Below are positions 28,978 through 40,284 of a stretch of 64,000 bases of DNA, one piece after another. Both the position numbers and the translations under genes were made by a program. The notes beneath the pieces are model-generated. The model made no database searches. It worked only from the letters and a program-made list of their open reading frames with translations, and was not told the origin of the DNA. The stretch comes from Schmidtea polychroa (lineage: Eukaryota). The first letter of the stretch is position 1. Each line of letters begins with the position of its first letter. The DNA lies in the NCBI GenBank assembly GCA_044892525.1, contig CM097886.1, positions 64,914,001 through 64,978,000 of the forward strand, read 5' to 3'.

Positions 28978-29114
28978 CTTAACCTTGCATGTTCTTTTTT
29001 ATTTAACTTTTCATTTCTATTAAGAACCACTTCTAGTTTTTTCTTCTCAGAATCAGTTAAAAACTCTAACTCCACGAAGCCTTCTATAACTTTCGAATTT
29101 GCTTCATTAGTCAT
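28978..29114 (-). CDS. SYTL: Synaptotagmin-like gene first coding exon (SHD1)
   Basis: MTNEANSKVIEGFVELEFLTDSEKKKLEVVLNRNEKLNKKEHARL then a GTAAAT donor. Matches the Slp SHD1 pattern L-x-F-L-T-x-x-E-x-x-x-(I/L)-x-x-V-L-x-R. An AG 2 nt before the ATG implies an upstream UTR exon. Confidence 0.85.
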
Positions 29115-31219
29115 TCCTAATATATAAAATCACTTAAATAGTAATTAAATATTAGGTTTCATGTAATTAAGCATTTAAATACAATGAAAATGGAAAATCT
29201 GCAAAAGTTAGGTTTCTCAAAGTATGATAAACATTTTATTACATCTGTAATACAAATTATGTAATAAAAAATTAGCATATAATAGATGATTACCATAAGA
29301 ATTGTATTTTTAATTATATTATGAATTTTAAAAATTAGAAATAATAATATTTATTTTAAAATTGAAATATAATCATAAGTGTATAAAAATTAAACAAATT
29401 AAATGTTTTGGGATATTTTCTATTTAAACTGTTAATTTATAACTATTATTTCCCATATAATATTTCATGTCAATTTATTTTTATTAAAATGAGTTAAAAT
29501 TCGTTTGTATATTTTTAAAGTTGATATTAAACAAAATTTTGATTTTGTAAGATCCACTTTTATTTGCTAATTCAGAATATATAAAATTTCATGTTGTTTG
29601 AATATTTATAATAATTCTAGTACCAAAGTAATTTTGTCTTCTGCTCGCAATTTGGTATTTGTATCTATATATTTTTTGAAAGTGTTGTTTTTTAAAAATT
29701 AATTAATCTATCATATACATAAACGAATTTTTAATAAGACAATAACACATGCACGGGTAATAAAATTGAATTAAAATTACTTCGTCTTCAAATAATATAA
29801 AACTAACCGTAAAAACATTTTTAACAGTTTAAAAATTTCACTTTTTTACATTCTCTCAAAATTACATTTTCAATATGCGTGCTCAATTCTCTGAAATAAT
29901 CAAAATGAAAGAATGAAAATTTTCAAAAAAGTTAATTATATTACCTTTAATCGATCTGGAATTTTGAATTAATGCATTGTTATCGACAATGAATCTGTCT
30001 CCCAATTTTCAGCTCGATCCGATTACGGAAGTGCGTTAATTGTCAGTTGTAAGATTTGCGTGGCTCATACAAAAATTCAAACAAAGTATAGGTAATATAG
30101 ACAGTTTAAAAAACATAATGTCGGAATTGCATAAGTGGAGGCAAAATATACGCAACTACTTTTGTTAAACAATGAACAGAAATAATTTAGTAATATTCAA
30201 AAAAATAATAATTGAAGTGCAAAAATTTAGAATAAAAAATTTATTATTTTGCAGCGGAAACAAATATAAGTAAGTTGCAAATGAAAAGACGTGCAAATAT
30301 AATAATTTCAATTTTTCTCAAAATAGAATTTGATTATTTAGGACACGTAGTTAATGCTGAATAAGTAAAAACAGATCCAGAAATAATATAAACCATTTAC
30401 AAATGCGTGATACATACATGCAAAAAAGAATTGTAATTATTATCAATGATTCATTAAAAACTACACACGAAGGTACCGAAAATTAAGCTCAAAGTTAACG
30501 GGAAAAAATAAATTTTTATGGCACTTTATGAATGTATCTTACTGTTGGGCTGGAACCGAGAATCGAGAGCTTGTTTTAATGAATCAAAAATACATAACAT
30601 AAAAATCGCACCAAGTTAAATTAAAACACCAATCAATACAAATTAAAGTACATAACACATTGATGATAAATAAGACCCGGGTGATAAAATAAAGGAACGA
30701 AAATAAAGGTCGCAATCACTAACACAATTAGGAGAAACATCACATTCGGAATAGCTAACAACTAAGAAATAAAATAATAATAAATAAAATAATGGGTAAT
30801 AAATTAATTAATAATATGAAAAATTTCTAAATAAATAAATTTAAAATTTAAAATAAATTATCTAGTAAACTGGTAAAATAATAAAAAGTAGAATAAAAGT
30901 AGTAAAATTAGATAAACCATAAAATTTATAAAACTAAATTGTTTAATGAAAACTAAAAATAAAACCAAATTGTTTAAATTAATGAAACTAAAGTAAAATT
31001 AACTGAACTTATTTAAATTATAAAACTTGTAAAACTAAATTAAAATTAGCAAAAACTATTTGAATTATAGAATTTATAAAAATAAATCTTAAAAATTAAT
31101 AAAAATTAGAATTTTGATTAATTAAATTAATTAAATTAAAAAATAAATAATTGCACACATTCATGCATGCATGCAAAAATTAATCAGAATTGCCTCGCAT
31201 AGGCGTATAATTCAATCAG

Positions 31220-31227
31220 TATAAATA
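31220..31227 (+). promoter_or_regulatory. Candidate LTR TATA box
   Basis: TATAAATA. The equivalent site at 61685 in the 3' copy has a reverse CCAAT (ATTGG) about 45 bp upstream. Confidence 0.45.
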
Positions 31228-31382
31228 CTGAGTGAAATTTCAATTTAAAAACTCTCACGCTCAACTGGTTACACAACAATTCACTTACTGGCAATGAACA
31301 TATGCTCTCAATTTTCGATTCAATGCCATCGCGGTGAGGTAAATTTGATTTTTGTTTTGTGTAATGTAATTTTGTTAGGTCT

Positions 31383-31612
31383 AATGTTATTTTAAATTGA
31401 AGTTAATTTTAGTTAATGTTATTTAGTTAATTTATTTTGTTATTTAGCTAATGTTATTTTAAATTGAAGTTAATTTTAGTTAATGTTATTTAGTTAATTT
31501 ATTTTGTTATTTAGCTAATGTTATTTTAAATTGAAGTTAATTTTAGTTAATGTTATTTAGTTAATTTATTTTGTTATTTAGATAATATTATTTTAAATTG
31601 AAGTTAATTGTT
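31383..31612. repeat. 67-bp tandem repeat inside the LTR (about 3.4 copies)
   Basis: Unit starts at 31383, 31450, 31517 and 31584. Confidence 0.9.
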
Positions 31613-32610
31613 AATATTGGTATGGTATTATTCATTTTGTTGTTGTTAAGTCTACTGTTATACAATTTTAGGAATTAATAAAATTTTTAACGGAATTTGT
31701 TTTTTAATTACTACTTATGTTTGGCGTATGTTATTTTGTCCTTTTTGAATAATATTATAATTTAGGTTGGGTTTTTCTTGATATTTATGTGTCGATGGTC
31801 TGGGTTGGGGAAAGGTTTGTGGACGGGCGGCACTACGTGCTGTTGGTCGGCAGATATTTCGCCAGTTGAGTCCATTGGGGTAGGGAATATAGATAGGGAT
31901 ATGAACGGTCAGAGGGGGAAAAATCAATTTGCGATAGTTTAGGGCTCTATTTAGAGTTAGAAAGTATAGGACTTATTTTCATAGATATTTTTGAGTTAGG
32001 AGAAATATTAGAATAGTTATGAACTGTTGTCGTTAGATAAAGTAGGTTAAGGTAATTTTATAGAAACCACGAATAGTTAAGACATTCGATCGTTCAGGAT
32101 TAGAAGTACAGGCAGATCCCTGCTCAAATTTTCATGAGAAGTGTGGAAACATGTTTATTAACTTGTGAATAAAGGCCAATCCTTGCTCAAATTTTTTGAA
32201 GGATAATTTGGATATTATAGGGAGTATATAACAATAATTATTAGATGGACAATAAGGGCGGATCCCTGCGCAAAACTTTTACAAGGGAAGAGTTGGAAAT
32301 ACCCTTAATTGAGGACCACAAATGATGTTAAAACAGCATACATAGTGAATAATGACGTAAGACCTTCTATCGGCCGTCTAGAACCCGAAGAGAAAATACA
32401 ATGGGGAGTAGTTTTAGCAATAGAGCTCACCTGCTCATTGTTTTTTCGCCTTTGTATACAGTACCAACATGGTCGTCGCCATGGGTACACAAATGGTTTA
32501 AGGTGCAATAGTCATGGAGGTGCTTAGGAAAGAGTCGAGCAGATATCTAAATTACCCCTGACGTATTTAAAATACAAAATGACACACCCTTAAGTAACCA
32601 ACATGATTTT

Positions 32611-32628
32611 TGGGGGCTCAGCCGGGAT
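32611..32628 (+). promoter_or_regulatory. Primer-binding site for tRNA-Pro
   Basis: TGGGGGCTCAGCCGGGAT matches 16 of 18 nt of the classic tRNA-Pro PBS TGGGGGCTCGTCCGGGAT and lies 7 nt after the LTR-terminal CA. Confidence 0.85.
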
Positions 32629-34042
32629 GACATTAAATTATTATTGTGCATTGATCTGACCAAAAAATAATATGAACTAATAAATTTTCTATTTCAAAAA
32701 AAATGGAATTATTAGGAAAATTCGATTTTAACATTCAAAATCAAAAATTATGGTAAAAGGAAAATTAGGTAGAACAAAAATTGGGAAACTTAAATTTGAA
32801 ATTAGGTTAGAAATAAAATTAATTTTGGCAAAAGAAGAACTAAACGAACCCATAAAATTAACACTTTAAGAATAAAATTAATTTTTTTTCGGTAGAATAA
32901 AATTTGTAAGTAGAATAAAATTTGATTAACAACTATAAGAAATAGAAATTTGGAAAAATTTAAGTTAAAGCAGAAATAAATTGTACTAAAATGAAAATTA
33001 AAGAAAAAAAACAATATAAATAAAATCAAAAACCAAAACTAACTTCGAAAAATATGTATTCAATAAAATTATGTAGATTGTCAAAATCTTATAATTGGTT
33101 TTGAACATGAAGAACTTCCAACATCAATTAAAACAATTTCGACATCATCATCGGTAATTAGTAAAATATCCATATCTGGTTGGCATTACAATTGTAAGGA
33201 AGTTTCAGTAATGAATCCGATGCTCCGACAAATACATCCAAATTTTGATATAGAACAGTTTGCATCTTTAATGGGTTTAATTCCAATGGTCGATAATGAA
33301 GATACTTGTGGAATTGCAATAACCATAATTTTGATTGGCATGGCGGGTCGAATTCGATTCTAATTTGGACAGTTTCTGCCGTGATTTTAGTGAGTACGAC
33401 AAGGTCTGAGGCGGCATCGCCAACGAGTGTTGACTGCGGAGCTGCAAGTTTTCTCAGCATCGGTCAGAAAGCCACAAAGCATATGCAATTTACGCACCAT
33501 TTAATAACCACGCCCAATGGATCCGGTTCAAACATATGCTGGGTAGCAACTACCAATACAGAGACTGATTTTCCAAGTAGCATGATTATCAGATGGATAA
33601 ATTTCAGAAAATTTCAGATTATAACAGCAGTCAAGTGTGACATTCAAGCGAAAACCTATTCAACCGTGATGATTTTGCTTTGATGTCTGGTGTGCACTTT
33701 GCCTATTGTCTGGAGCTGATTGTCACGGTTGCCTGCACACATTGTATCATCTTTACCGCACTGGAGTCATCAGTAGATGGAAATTCTCTCATGCATGAAC
33801 GCCAGATGAGTTGGAACTTATCGGGTTTGTGTATTTCAATCGTTACATGTAACAGTATAGCGCGTGTATGTATGGGCCGCCGGTTCCAGTGTGCGAATCG
33901 TATGACATGTTCTGTCCCGATTGGATTTGTAGTGTGTGCTCGAAAATTGGTGTGCACATTCCAAATGGAATTTGAATGCAATATGCATGTATTGATTTTC
34001 TACGTTCATGAAAATCAGCCGATCAGAAACGAGATGTGTTAC

Positions 34043-37000
34043 CAGGCCCGTACCGTCGGGGGGCCAGGAGGGCCCGGCCCCCCTCCCAAATAAAAAAACG
34101 GACATGAATAAAAAATGACTGTTTTACTTCAAGGTGAAAATGAAATAAACAATTACATTTATTCATGTACCATAAATGATCTAATAAGCACTATATAATG
34201 GGCCGAATCCTAAAGAAACCTTTTAATTATAGTCGGAGCATCGTTTTAAATTTCACTAAATAAAATCTTTCTCGTATCCTAATTAACTGAGACTTAATCA
34301 TTTTCTTAAGTTAAAAAAGATTCTCTAACAAAACTTTCAATGGGTGGTGAGGTCTTTTAAATTAGTAAAGCATTGTTACATGTCGCGAAATTTCTCAGAT
34401 GTGTACGGAATTCGAACCCCGGAGTGTGTCTATAAATTTCCCCAAATCGTTAAAGGGTAGTGCTGGACAATTAAAATATTAGCCTCACAGGATTGCTTAA
34501 CACCAAATGTTAACAGTGCAACAATTGTCGATACCAAACGTTGTCGACAACAGTTGCTCTAATGTGAATCACTGCATTACATTCAATATGTTTGATAAAA
34601 GAAAAATTGCTATCGTGCACACATGCATTGACATGGGTGTGCATGAGTTGCACATGTAGAGGTTTATGTAGTATGGACGGGGGTAGGATGTTCCATCTCT
34701 CTGCCTCACTGGAAGAGACTGGCATGTGAAGTCGGTGGAGTGGGTAGGGTGCGTGCTGTCTGTCTTTCCTGCCTCACAGGCAGTAACAACGCATGGAGGC
34801 ATGATTGAGTGTCAGAGCACGGAGTGGGTGCATTGTGGTCTTTATACGATGGTAGAGAGATAGGCCAATGAGAGCACATCACATGTCATTATACTCAACT
34901 CACTCCTATGGCAGAGTGACATGTTAATTGATCATATTTTGTAACATTATTTTCATCGTATTAGAACATGTCGACACAAAAGAGTATCATGAATTTCTTC
35001 CAAGTCATTCCAAAGAATTCTGTGACTTCAGTCACTTCATCCAGTGATAGTATCTCTGCTACTATGTCCTCAACTTGTGCTAGTCCTTCATCTGTACCTG
35101 CTATTTCATGTATCCGTGACAGTGCAGTGATGTCCTCATCTTTTTGTGCACCTGCTAAGACTCTGTCATCTACTAAATGTGATCTGGGTGAAGAAATGCC
35201 ACGCCAGCCAACTGATGTAAATTTCCCAAAGACTTCGTTTGGTTCAAGGGAACGCTCATTTTCGTCTGCGTGGTATAATGAAAGACCATATTTGGAGTAC
35301 TCTATTGAGAAAAATGCAGTCTTCTGCTTTTGCTGTAAAAAATTGTCATTGCTCGGCTCTGCTGGCGAAAGTGCTTTCAGAACAGGAGGATTCCGAAATT
35401 GGAAATCGGCTTTAGAAAAAGGAAAAGGTTTTCAAAAGCATGAATCTTCTGCTGGCCACATCCATGCCATGGAACGCTGGAAAGAGAAACAGCTGAGATG
35501 TGAAAAAGGTGAGGAAGTTTGCACTTTGATTAATGAAACACAGCTGAAGAACAACCGTTATTATGTCAACGAAATCGTTGACGTTGTAAAGTTTCTTGTG
35601 ACAAATGAATTAGCCTTTCGTGGTGACAGTTTCAGTAGAGATGATATTGATGAGGATGATAAGCTTCCGTGTGGTCTATTTTTACGTCTCTTCGAATACA
35701 CTGTTAAGAAAAATCCTGAGCTGGCTCGAATCATTAAAACGATTCCCAAAATTGCCACGTACACATCACCTCGAATTCAAAATGAAATTATCGCGTTAAT
35801 GGCATCAATAGTGCAAGAGTCAATTGTTAAGAAGTGCAAGTCTGCGGATGTTGAATATTTTACTCTGAAGGTGGATGGTACCAAAGATCGAACAGGGACT
35901 GAGAATGTGTCGATTGCCATAAGGTTTGTCTCAGCAGGACAACCTCAGGAGCACTTAATCTGCATTTCCCGAACAATTGCTCTCAATGCAGAGGCCTTCG
36001 CAGATGTAATTTTGACAACCTTGAAAGAGGCTCAGTTGGATCCTAAAAATATAATCTCCCAATGCTATGATGGAGCCGCTGTTATGTCTGGACAGCATGG
36101 TGGGGTGCAGGCCTTGCTTCAGGAGCGTCTACAAATAGGAATTCCGTATGTCCATTGCTTCAACCACAAGTTGCATTTGGTTGTTGTGTGTGCCGTTTCT
36201 GAGTGCCAAAAACTGCGGGACTTCTTCGACATATGCAGAAACCTATACACATTTTTGTCATATCCTAAGGTTGCGGCCATATATCAAGGCGATAAATTGA
36301 CACGGCTCATGGAACATCGTTGGACAGCACACTTGCAGACGACTCAGGCAATAACAACTAATTATGATACAATTGTGAATTTGCTTGAGATGTGTTCAAG
36401 TAGACATTCACACTTTTCAATTGATATTCAATTGGAAGCTACTGGACTCTTGCATCGAGTCAATGAAGTGGAGTTTCAGTTCATTGCACACATGGTGCTC
36501 TCATTGCTGACTATCCTTGAAACAGCCAACAATAGCTTGCAGGGTCAAGCAATGGACCTTTCTTCAGCATGTGATGTTATGGATGCCGTCATAGAGCGCA
36601 TTCGCAGCCTACGCAATGAAGAGGAATTCCAAGTTCTTTTTGGGAAATTCGAAGGTCAAATGGATATGGAACAGACACCAAAAAGAAGAAGAACTCAGAT
36701 GAACTCAAAATTAGACAACTTCATTGTGTTCAGATCTGTGGGACAGCCAGAACACCAGGCCTTGCCTATCAGATACGCATATCGCCAGATGTATTACGAA
36801 GTCGTTGATAGGACTCTGCAGGAACTAACAAAACGCTTCGGTGTCACCAACAGAAGCCTTTATAAGTCTCTTGCATGTTTGAAGACTGATCACGCAAACT
36901 TTTTGAATATTGAGGAGCTAAAGACTTTAGCGACACTGTGTGGCGTGGACCTAAGCGAAACCCAACATGAATTTGAAACTGCAAAAGTTTTCCTATTGAA

Positions 37001-37709
37001 GAGAGCCAGTACTGGGACAAACGTTCATCAGTTAGTGCAAGAACTGTACTCATACCGAGATGCTTTTCCATCTGTCTATCGTCTTGCAGCTTCTGCACTG
37101 ACAATCGGTGCTTCAACTGCCATATGTGAGGCGACTTTCAGTACTTTATCTCGTGTCTTAACTCCCTTTCGTACGTCGATGAGCCATTCTCGTAAAGCCA
37201 ACCTTGTATTGCTCTCATTTGAAAGTGACATCAGTAATAACATCAAATCTGATGAATTTCTTCGGCGGTTTCATGAAATGAAAAATCGTCGACTGCAGCT
37301 ATTTTGAGTCATGTCGATATCTCACACACGTAATTTCTTTTTTCTGGATCTAGTTCCTGTGTAATTTCTATTGCACTCACCTTTAGTTTTCAAATCTGTG
37401 TGACTGTGTGTTCTGTCTTTGTATGTCCAATTGTCCGTCGTGCAAATACATGCAGCTATTTGTTTTTTGTGTTTGTTCCTAAAAAATGTGCGAAAATCAT
37501 TTCCTATATACTAGTATATGCAATAATGTAGCAAAATAATGCTCAGACAAAATGTCGATTTCCTTTTTTTTAAATTGAACATTTCGGAGTGCAAAGTGTG
37601 AGTAGTGACTAGTCTGTTTTCATAAAATACTTAGTTTACACGAGAATTACTGGCCCCTTTAATGAGAGTCTGCCCCCCCCCCGTCAAAAGGTGTCACGGT
37701 ACGGGGCTG
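34043..37709 (+). mobile_element. Full-length autonomous hAT transposon
   Basis: TIRs CAGGCCCGTACCGT and ACGGTACGGGGCTG (13 of 14), TSD TGTGTTAC/TATGTTAC, visibly higher GC than the flanks. Confidence 0.95.
34968..37307 (+). CDS. Intact 779-aa hAT transposase (ZMYM1-like)
   Basis: TTF-type Zn finger (FCFCC..GFRNWK..H), VDGTKD, QCYDGAAVMSG, HCFNHKLHL, HRW, STAICEATFSTL, hATC tail. No stops. Confidence 0.95.
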   Translation: MSTQKSIMNFFQVIPKNSVTSVTSSSDSISATMSSTCASPSSVPAISCIRDSAVMSSSFCAPAKTLSSTKCDLGEEMPRQPTDVNFPKTSFGSRERSFSSAWYNERPYLEYSIEKNAVFCFCCKKLSLLGSAGESAFRTGGFRNWKSALEKGKGFQKHESSAGHIHAMERWKEKQLRCEKGEEVCTLINETQLKNNRYYVNEIVDVVKFLVTNELAFRGDSFSRDDIDEDDKLPCGLFLRLFEYTVKKNPELARIIKTIPKIATYTSPRIQNEIIALMASIVQESIVKKCKSADVEYFTLKVDGTKDRTGTENVSIAIRFVSAGQPQEHLICISRTIALNAEAFADVILTTLKEAQLDPKNIISQCYDGAAVMSGQHGGVQALLQERLQIGIPYVHCFNHKLHLVVVCAVSECQKLRDFFDICRNLYTFLSYPKVAAIYQGDKLTRLMEHRWTAHLQTTQAITTNYDTIVNLLEMCSSRHSHFSIDIQLEATGLLHRVNEVEFQFIAHMVLSLLTILETANNSLQGQAMDLSSACDVMDAVIERIRSLRNEEEFQVLFGKFEGQMDMEQTPKRRRTQMNSKLDNFIVFRSVGQPEHQALPIRYAYRQMYYEVVDRTLQELTKRFGVTNRSLYKSLACLKTDHANFLNIEELKTLATLCGVDLSETQHEFETAKVFLLKRASTGTNVHQLVQELYSYRDAFPSVYRLAASALTIGASTAICEATFSTLSRVLTPFRTSMSHSRKANLVLLSFESDISNNIKSDEFLRRFHEMKNRRLQLF

Positions 37710-37805
37710 TATGTTACAGTTATTTATTTTTCGATTTTAATGTAATTAATTTAATAAATTTTAGTATTTTAGTAAATTTTTATTAAATTTTTAGTTATAA
37801 TTGTG

Positions 37806-38016
37806 AGTAGTGTTAGAACTATACACTTGAGCACACCCACCGCAAAGCGTCCAGTTCCAAGCCCCTCAATTATCACCCTTTAATATAAAAAAACAACAGT
37901 TTTATTACATGTTTTAATATTTTTAACCCTAAAAACCCAAAACAAAGATTTCTGTCCGAGCGCGATGGAGAGGGAAGAGATGAGGGTGCGCTCAAGTGTA
38001 TAGTTCTAACACTACT
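37806..38016. mobile_element. 211-bp inverted-repeat element with AGTAGT ends
   Basis: 33-bp TIR AGTAGTGTTAGAACTATACACTTGAGC(A/G)CACCC, flanks ATTGTG/AGTGTG (5 of 6). Confidence 0.7.
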
Positions 38017-38058
38017 AGTGTGAAAGACTGCGCAGTTTGCTAATTTTTATTATAGAAA

Positions 38059-40263
38059 ATGAACAACACAAACCCCGAAATTTCAGAAAAAAATAAATTA
38101 AATTTTGATTACAATAAAGAGTTTATACATGAAATCAAGAAAATTGATATTTTAAAAATCGCACCAACTTCAGGATCTATTGTAAACTTAAATCGTTCAG
38201 GTGATATAGTTTTTCAATCCCTTCAAACCTCAAACCCTATAGATATTTGTAATGCAAAATTATATTACAAAATTGAATTAGAAATTGAAGCAGATAAAAA
38301 TATAACTCTAGAAAACAATTTCTTTCCAAACTTATTTAATAACATGAGATTAAAACTAGGATCATCAGAAATTGAAAGTGTTTTACATCCAGGAGTATAT
38401 TCTACAATGTTAAATTTTATATTAACAAGTTATGATTATAAAAAAGAAAGTGGAGAGTTAACAGGTTGGATTCCTGATGTTAATAAAGGTGATTTAGATA
38501 AAGATGGTTTAGATATAAATTCTGGATATCATAAAAGAGTTGAACTTTATAAATCTAAAAAATTCGAGAGATATTTTGAATTAAAACACTTGTTCGGATT
38601 CCTTCAAAACTATAACCGTATAATTCATAATGTTTTTGTAGAATTAATCTGTAATAGAAAAGAAGATGATAAAACAATATTCTATGGGGACAAGGATACA
38701 AAAGCTAATTTAAAAATAAAAACACTTCAATTGCACATACCTGAATGGACATTAAATCCTAAATCTGAAATCAAACTCCTTGAAAGATTAAATTCCAACA
38801 AATCTATAAATGCAAATTATTTAAATAGAATCTGTAGTGAATTTAATATGTCAGAGGGTTCAACATATTCTATAAAATTAGCAAATTTAGCATACCGTCC
38901 GAGATATATTCTGATTGGATTTAAAGAAGTAGAATCATCATTCCAAAAGAATAACAACTTATTTATTCAAAAGATTGGAAATGATAATTTAAAATCAATC
39001 CAAATTCAATTAAATAGTTCTTATTATCCAATAAATAAAATGGAATTTAATATTAAAAATAATGAAAACGCATTCCCCTATCTGAATTATATTGAAACAT
39101 GTTGTGATTTTAAAGTTAAACCACAATTAAGTTTACAAGATTTCAAAAATTTATATTCTATATTTTGTATAAATGTTTCAGACCAAGATGATCGTCTAGC
39201 TATAAATAATGTTGATGTTACACTTCATGTAACAAACAGGCCCGGTTTTAGGCATAGGCGACGTCGGCAGCAGCCTAGGGCGCCGATTTACAAGCGGGCG
39301 CCAAATAGTTCTGAAGAATCAGAAATTTCCCCAATCTTTAAACAAACTCAGCGTATCAGAAAACAAAAAAAACAGTTCGAATATGAAGCCAACGATGAGC
39401 CCATTCAGAACCCAAAAGAAAAATTTAAGATCAGCTTTTACTTCGCAGTTTTGGATAGAGCTTTAAAATCTGTTGAGCAAAGATTCACCCAAATGTCAAC
39501 GATAAATTCAACATTTGGATTTCTATACAACATACATAATTTGCAATATATTTCGTCAAAGAAAATATTAGAGGATTGTCTTAAACTAGAAAATTTTTTA
39601 CGGCACGATGATTCTAAAGATATTGATGGTACAGATTTATTGAACGAATTGATATTTATAGCTAGACATATTCCAAAAAACTTATTGCCGGAAGATGTAC
39701 TTAATTATATTTGTAAAAATAATATAGTGGACAGCGTTCCAAATATATTTGTTGCTTTGCGAATTTTATTAACCCTACCAGTTTCTGTGGCAAGCGGTGA
39801 ACGAAGCTTTTCGAAGCTTAAACAGATCAAAACATATATAAGATCTACAATGTCACAAGAACGGCTTGTGGGATTAGCAATATTGTCGATTGAACACGAA
39901 ATGGCGCGTGATATAGATACGAAGTTGCTGCTTGAAGATTTCGCTAAACTAAAAGCACGAAAAATTAAATTTTAAATGGTTTTTGTTTTTATATATATTT
40001 TTGTGTAATAAATAAATGAAGTATAGTTATTTTATTTTCATTTACTTCTTTAATTATTGGGTTTGTTTCTAGACTAGAGGCGCCATTTTTTTAGTTTGCC
40101 TAGGGCGCCAAATACTCTAGCGTCGGGCCTGGTAACAAAGGATTCTAATTTTAAAGCTAAAGTATATACATTAATATTAGAAGAAAAGAAAATAGAAATG
40201 AAATTATGTGGTGGAAAGATTTCAATAATTGAAAATGTACGAGGTGATAAAATCTCTACATAA
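38059..40263 (+). pseudogene. Double jelly-roll major capsid protein interrupted by a hAT insertion (about 433 aa when restored)
   Basis: NNFFPNLF..MRLKLG..EIE, RPRYILIGFK, QLNSSYYP. Removing 39237-40131 plus one TSD restores HVTKDSNFKAKVY...CGGKIS...KIST and a stop at 40261-40263. Confidence 0.85.
39237..40131 (+). mobile_element. Non-autonomous hAT (895 bp) carrying the transposase C-terminus
   Basis: Ends CAGGCCCG and CGGGCCTG, perfect 8-bp TSD GTAACAAA. Encodes LTLPVSVASGERSFSKLKQIKTYIRSTMSQERL. Confidence 0.95.
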
Positions 40264-40284
40264 TGAAGTTTTACAACTATAAAA

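Larger units (their letters stand above)
30543..32603 (+). mobile_element. 5' LTR (about 2.06 kb) of a giant LTR element
   Basis: Starts TGTTGG and ends CCAACA. The first 840 bp are nearly identical to 60978-61847. Followed by a PBS. Confidence 0.8.

Noticed and set aside
32611-32628. tRNA gene
   Set aside because: Only 18 nt complementary to a tRNA 3' end including CCA, next to an LTR. This is a PBS.
33365-33700. Plus-strand frame interrupted mostly by TGA, suggesting TGA=Trp recoding
   Set aside because: It also contains a TAG, the count is small, and antisense TCA codons explain it. No other gene needs a variant code.
38059-39975. A single native 638-aa gene
   Set aside because: The perfect 8-bp TSD and TIRs show the 3' third is an inserted hAT. 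Kept only as a chimera finding.
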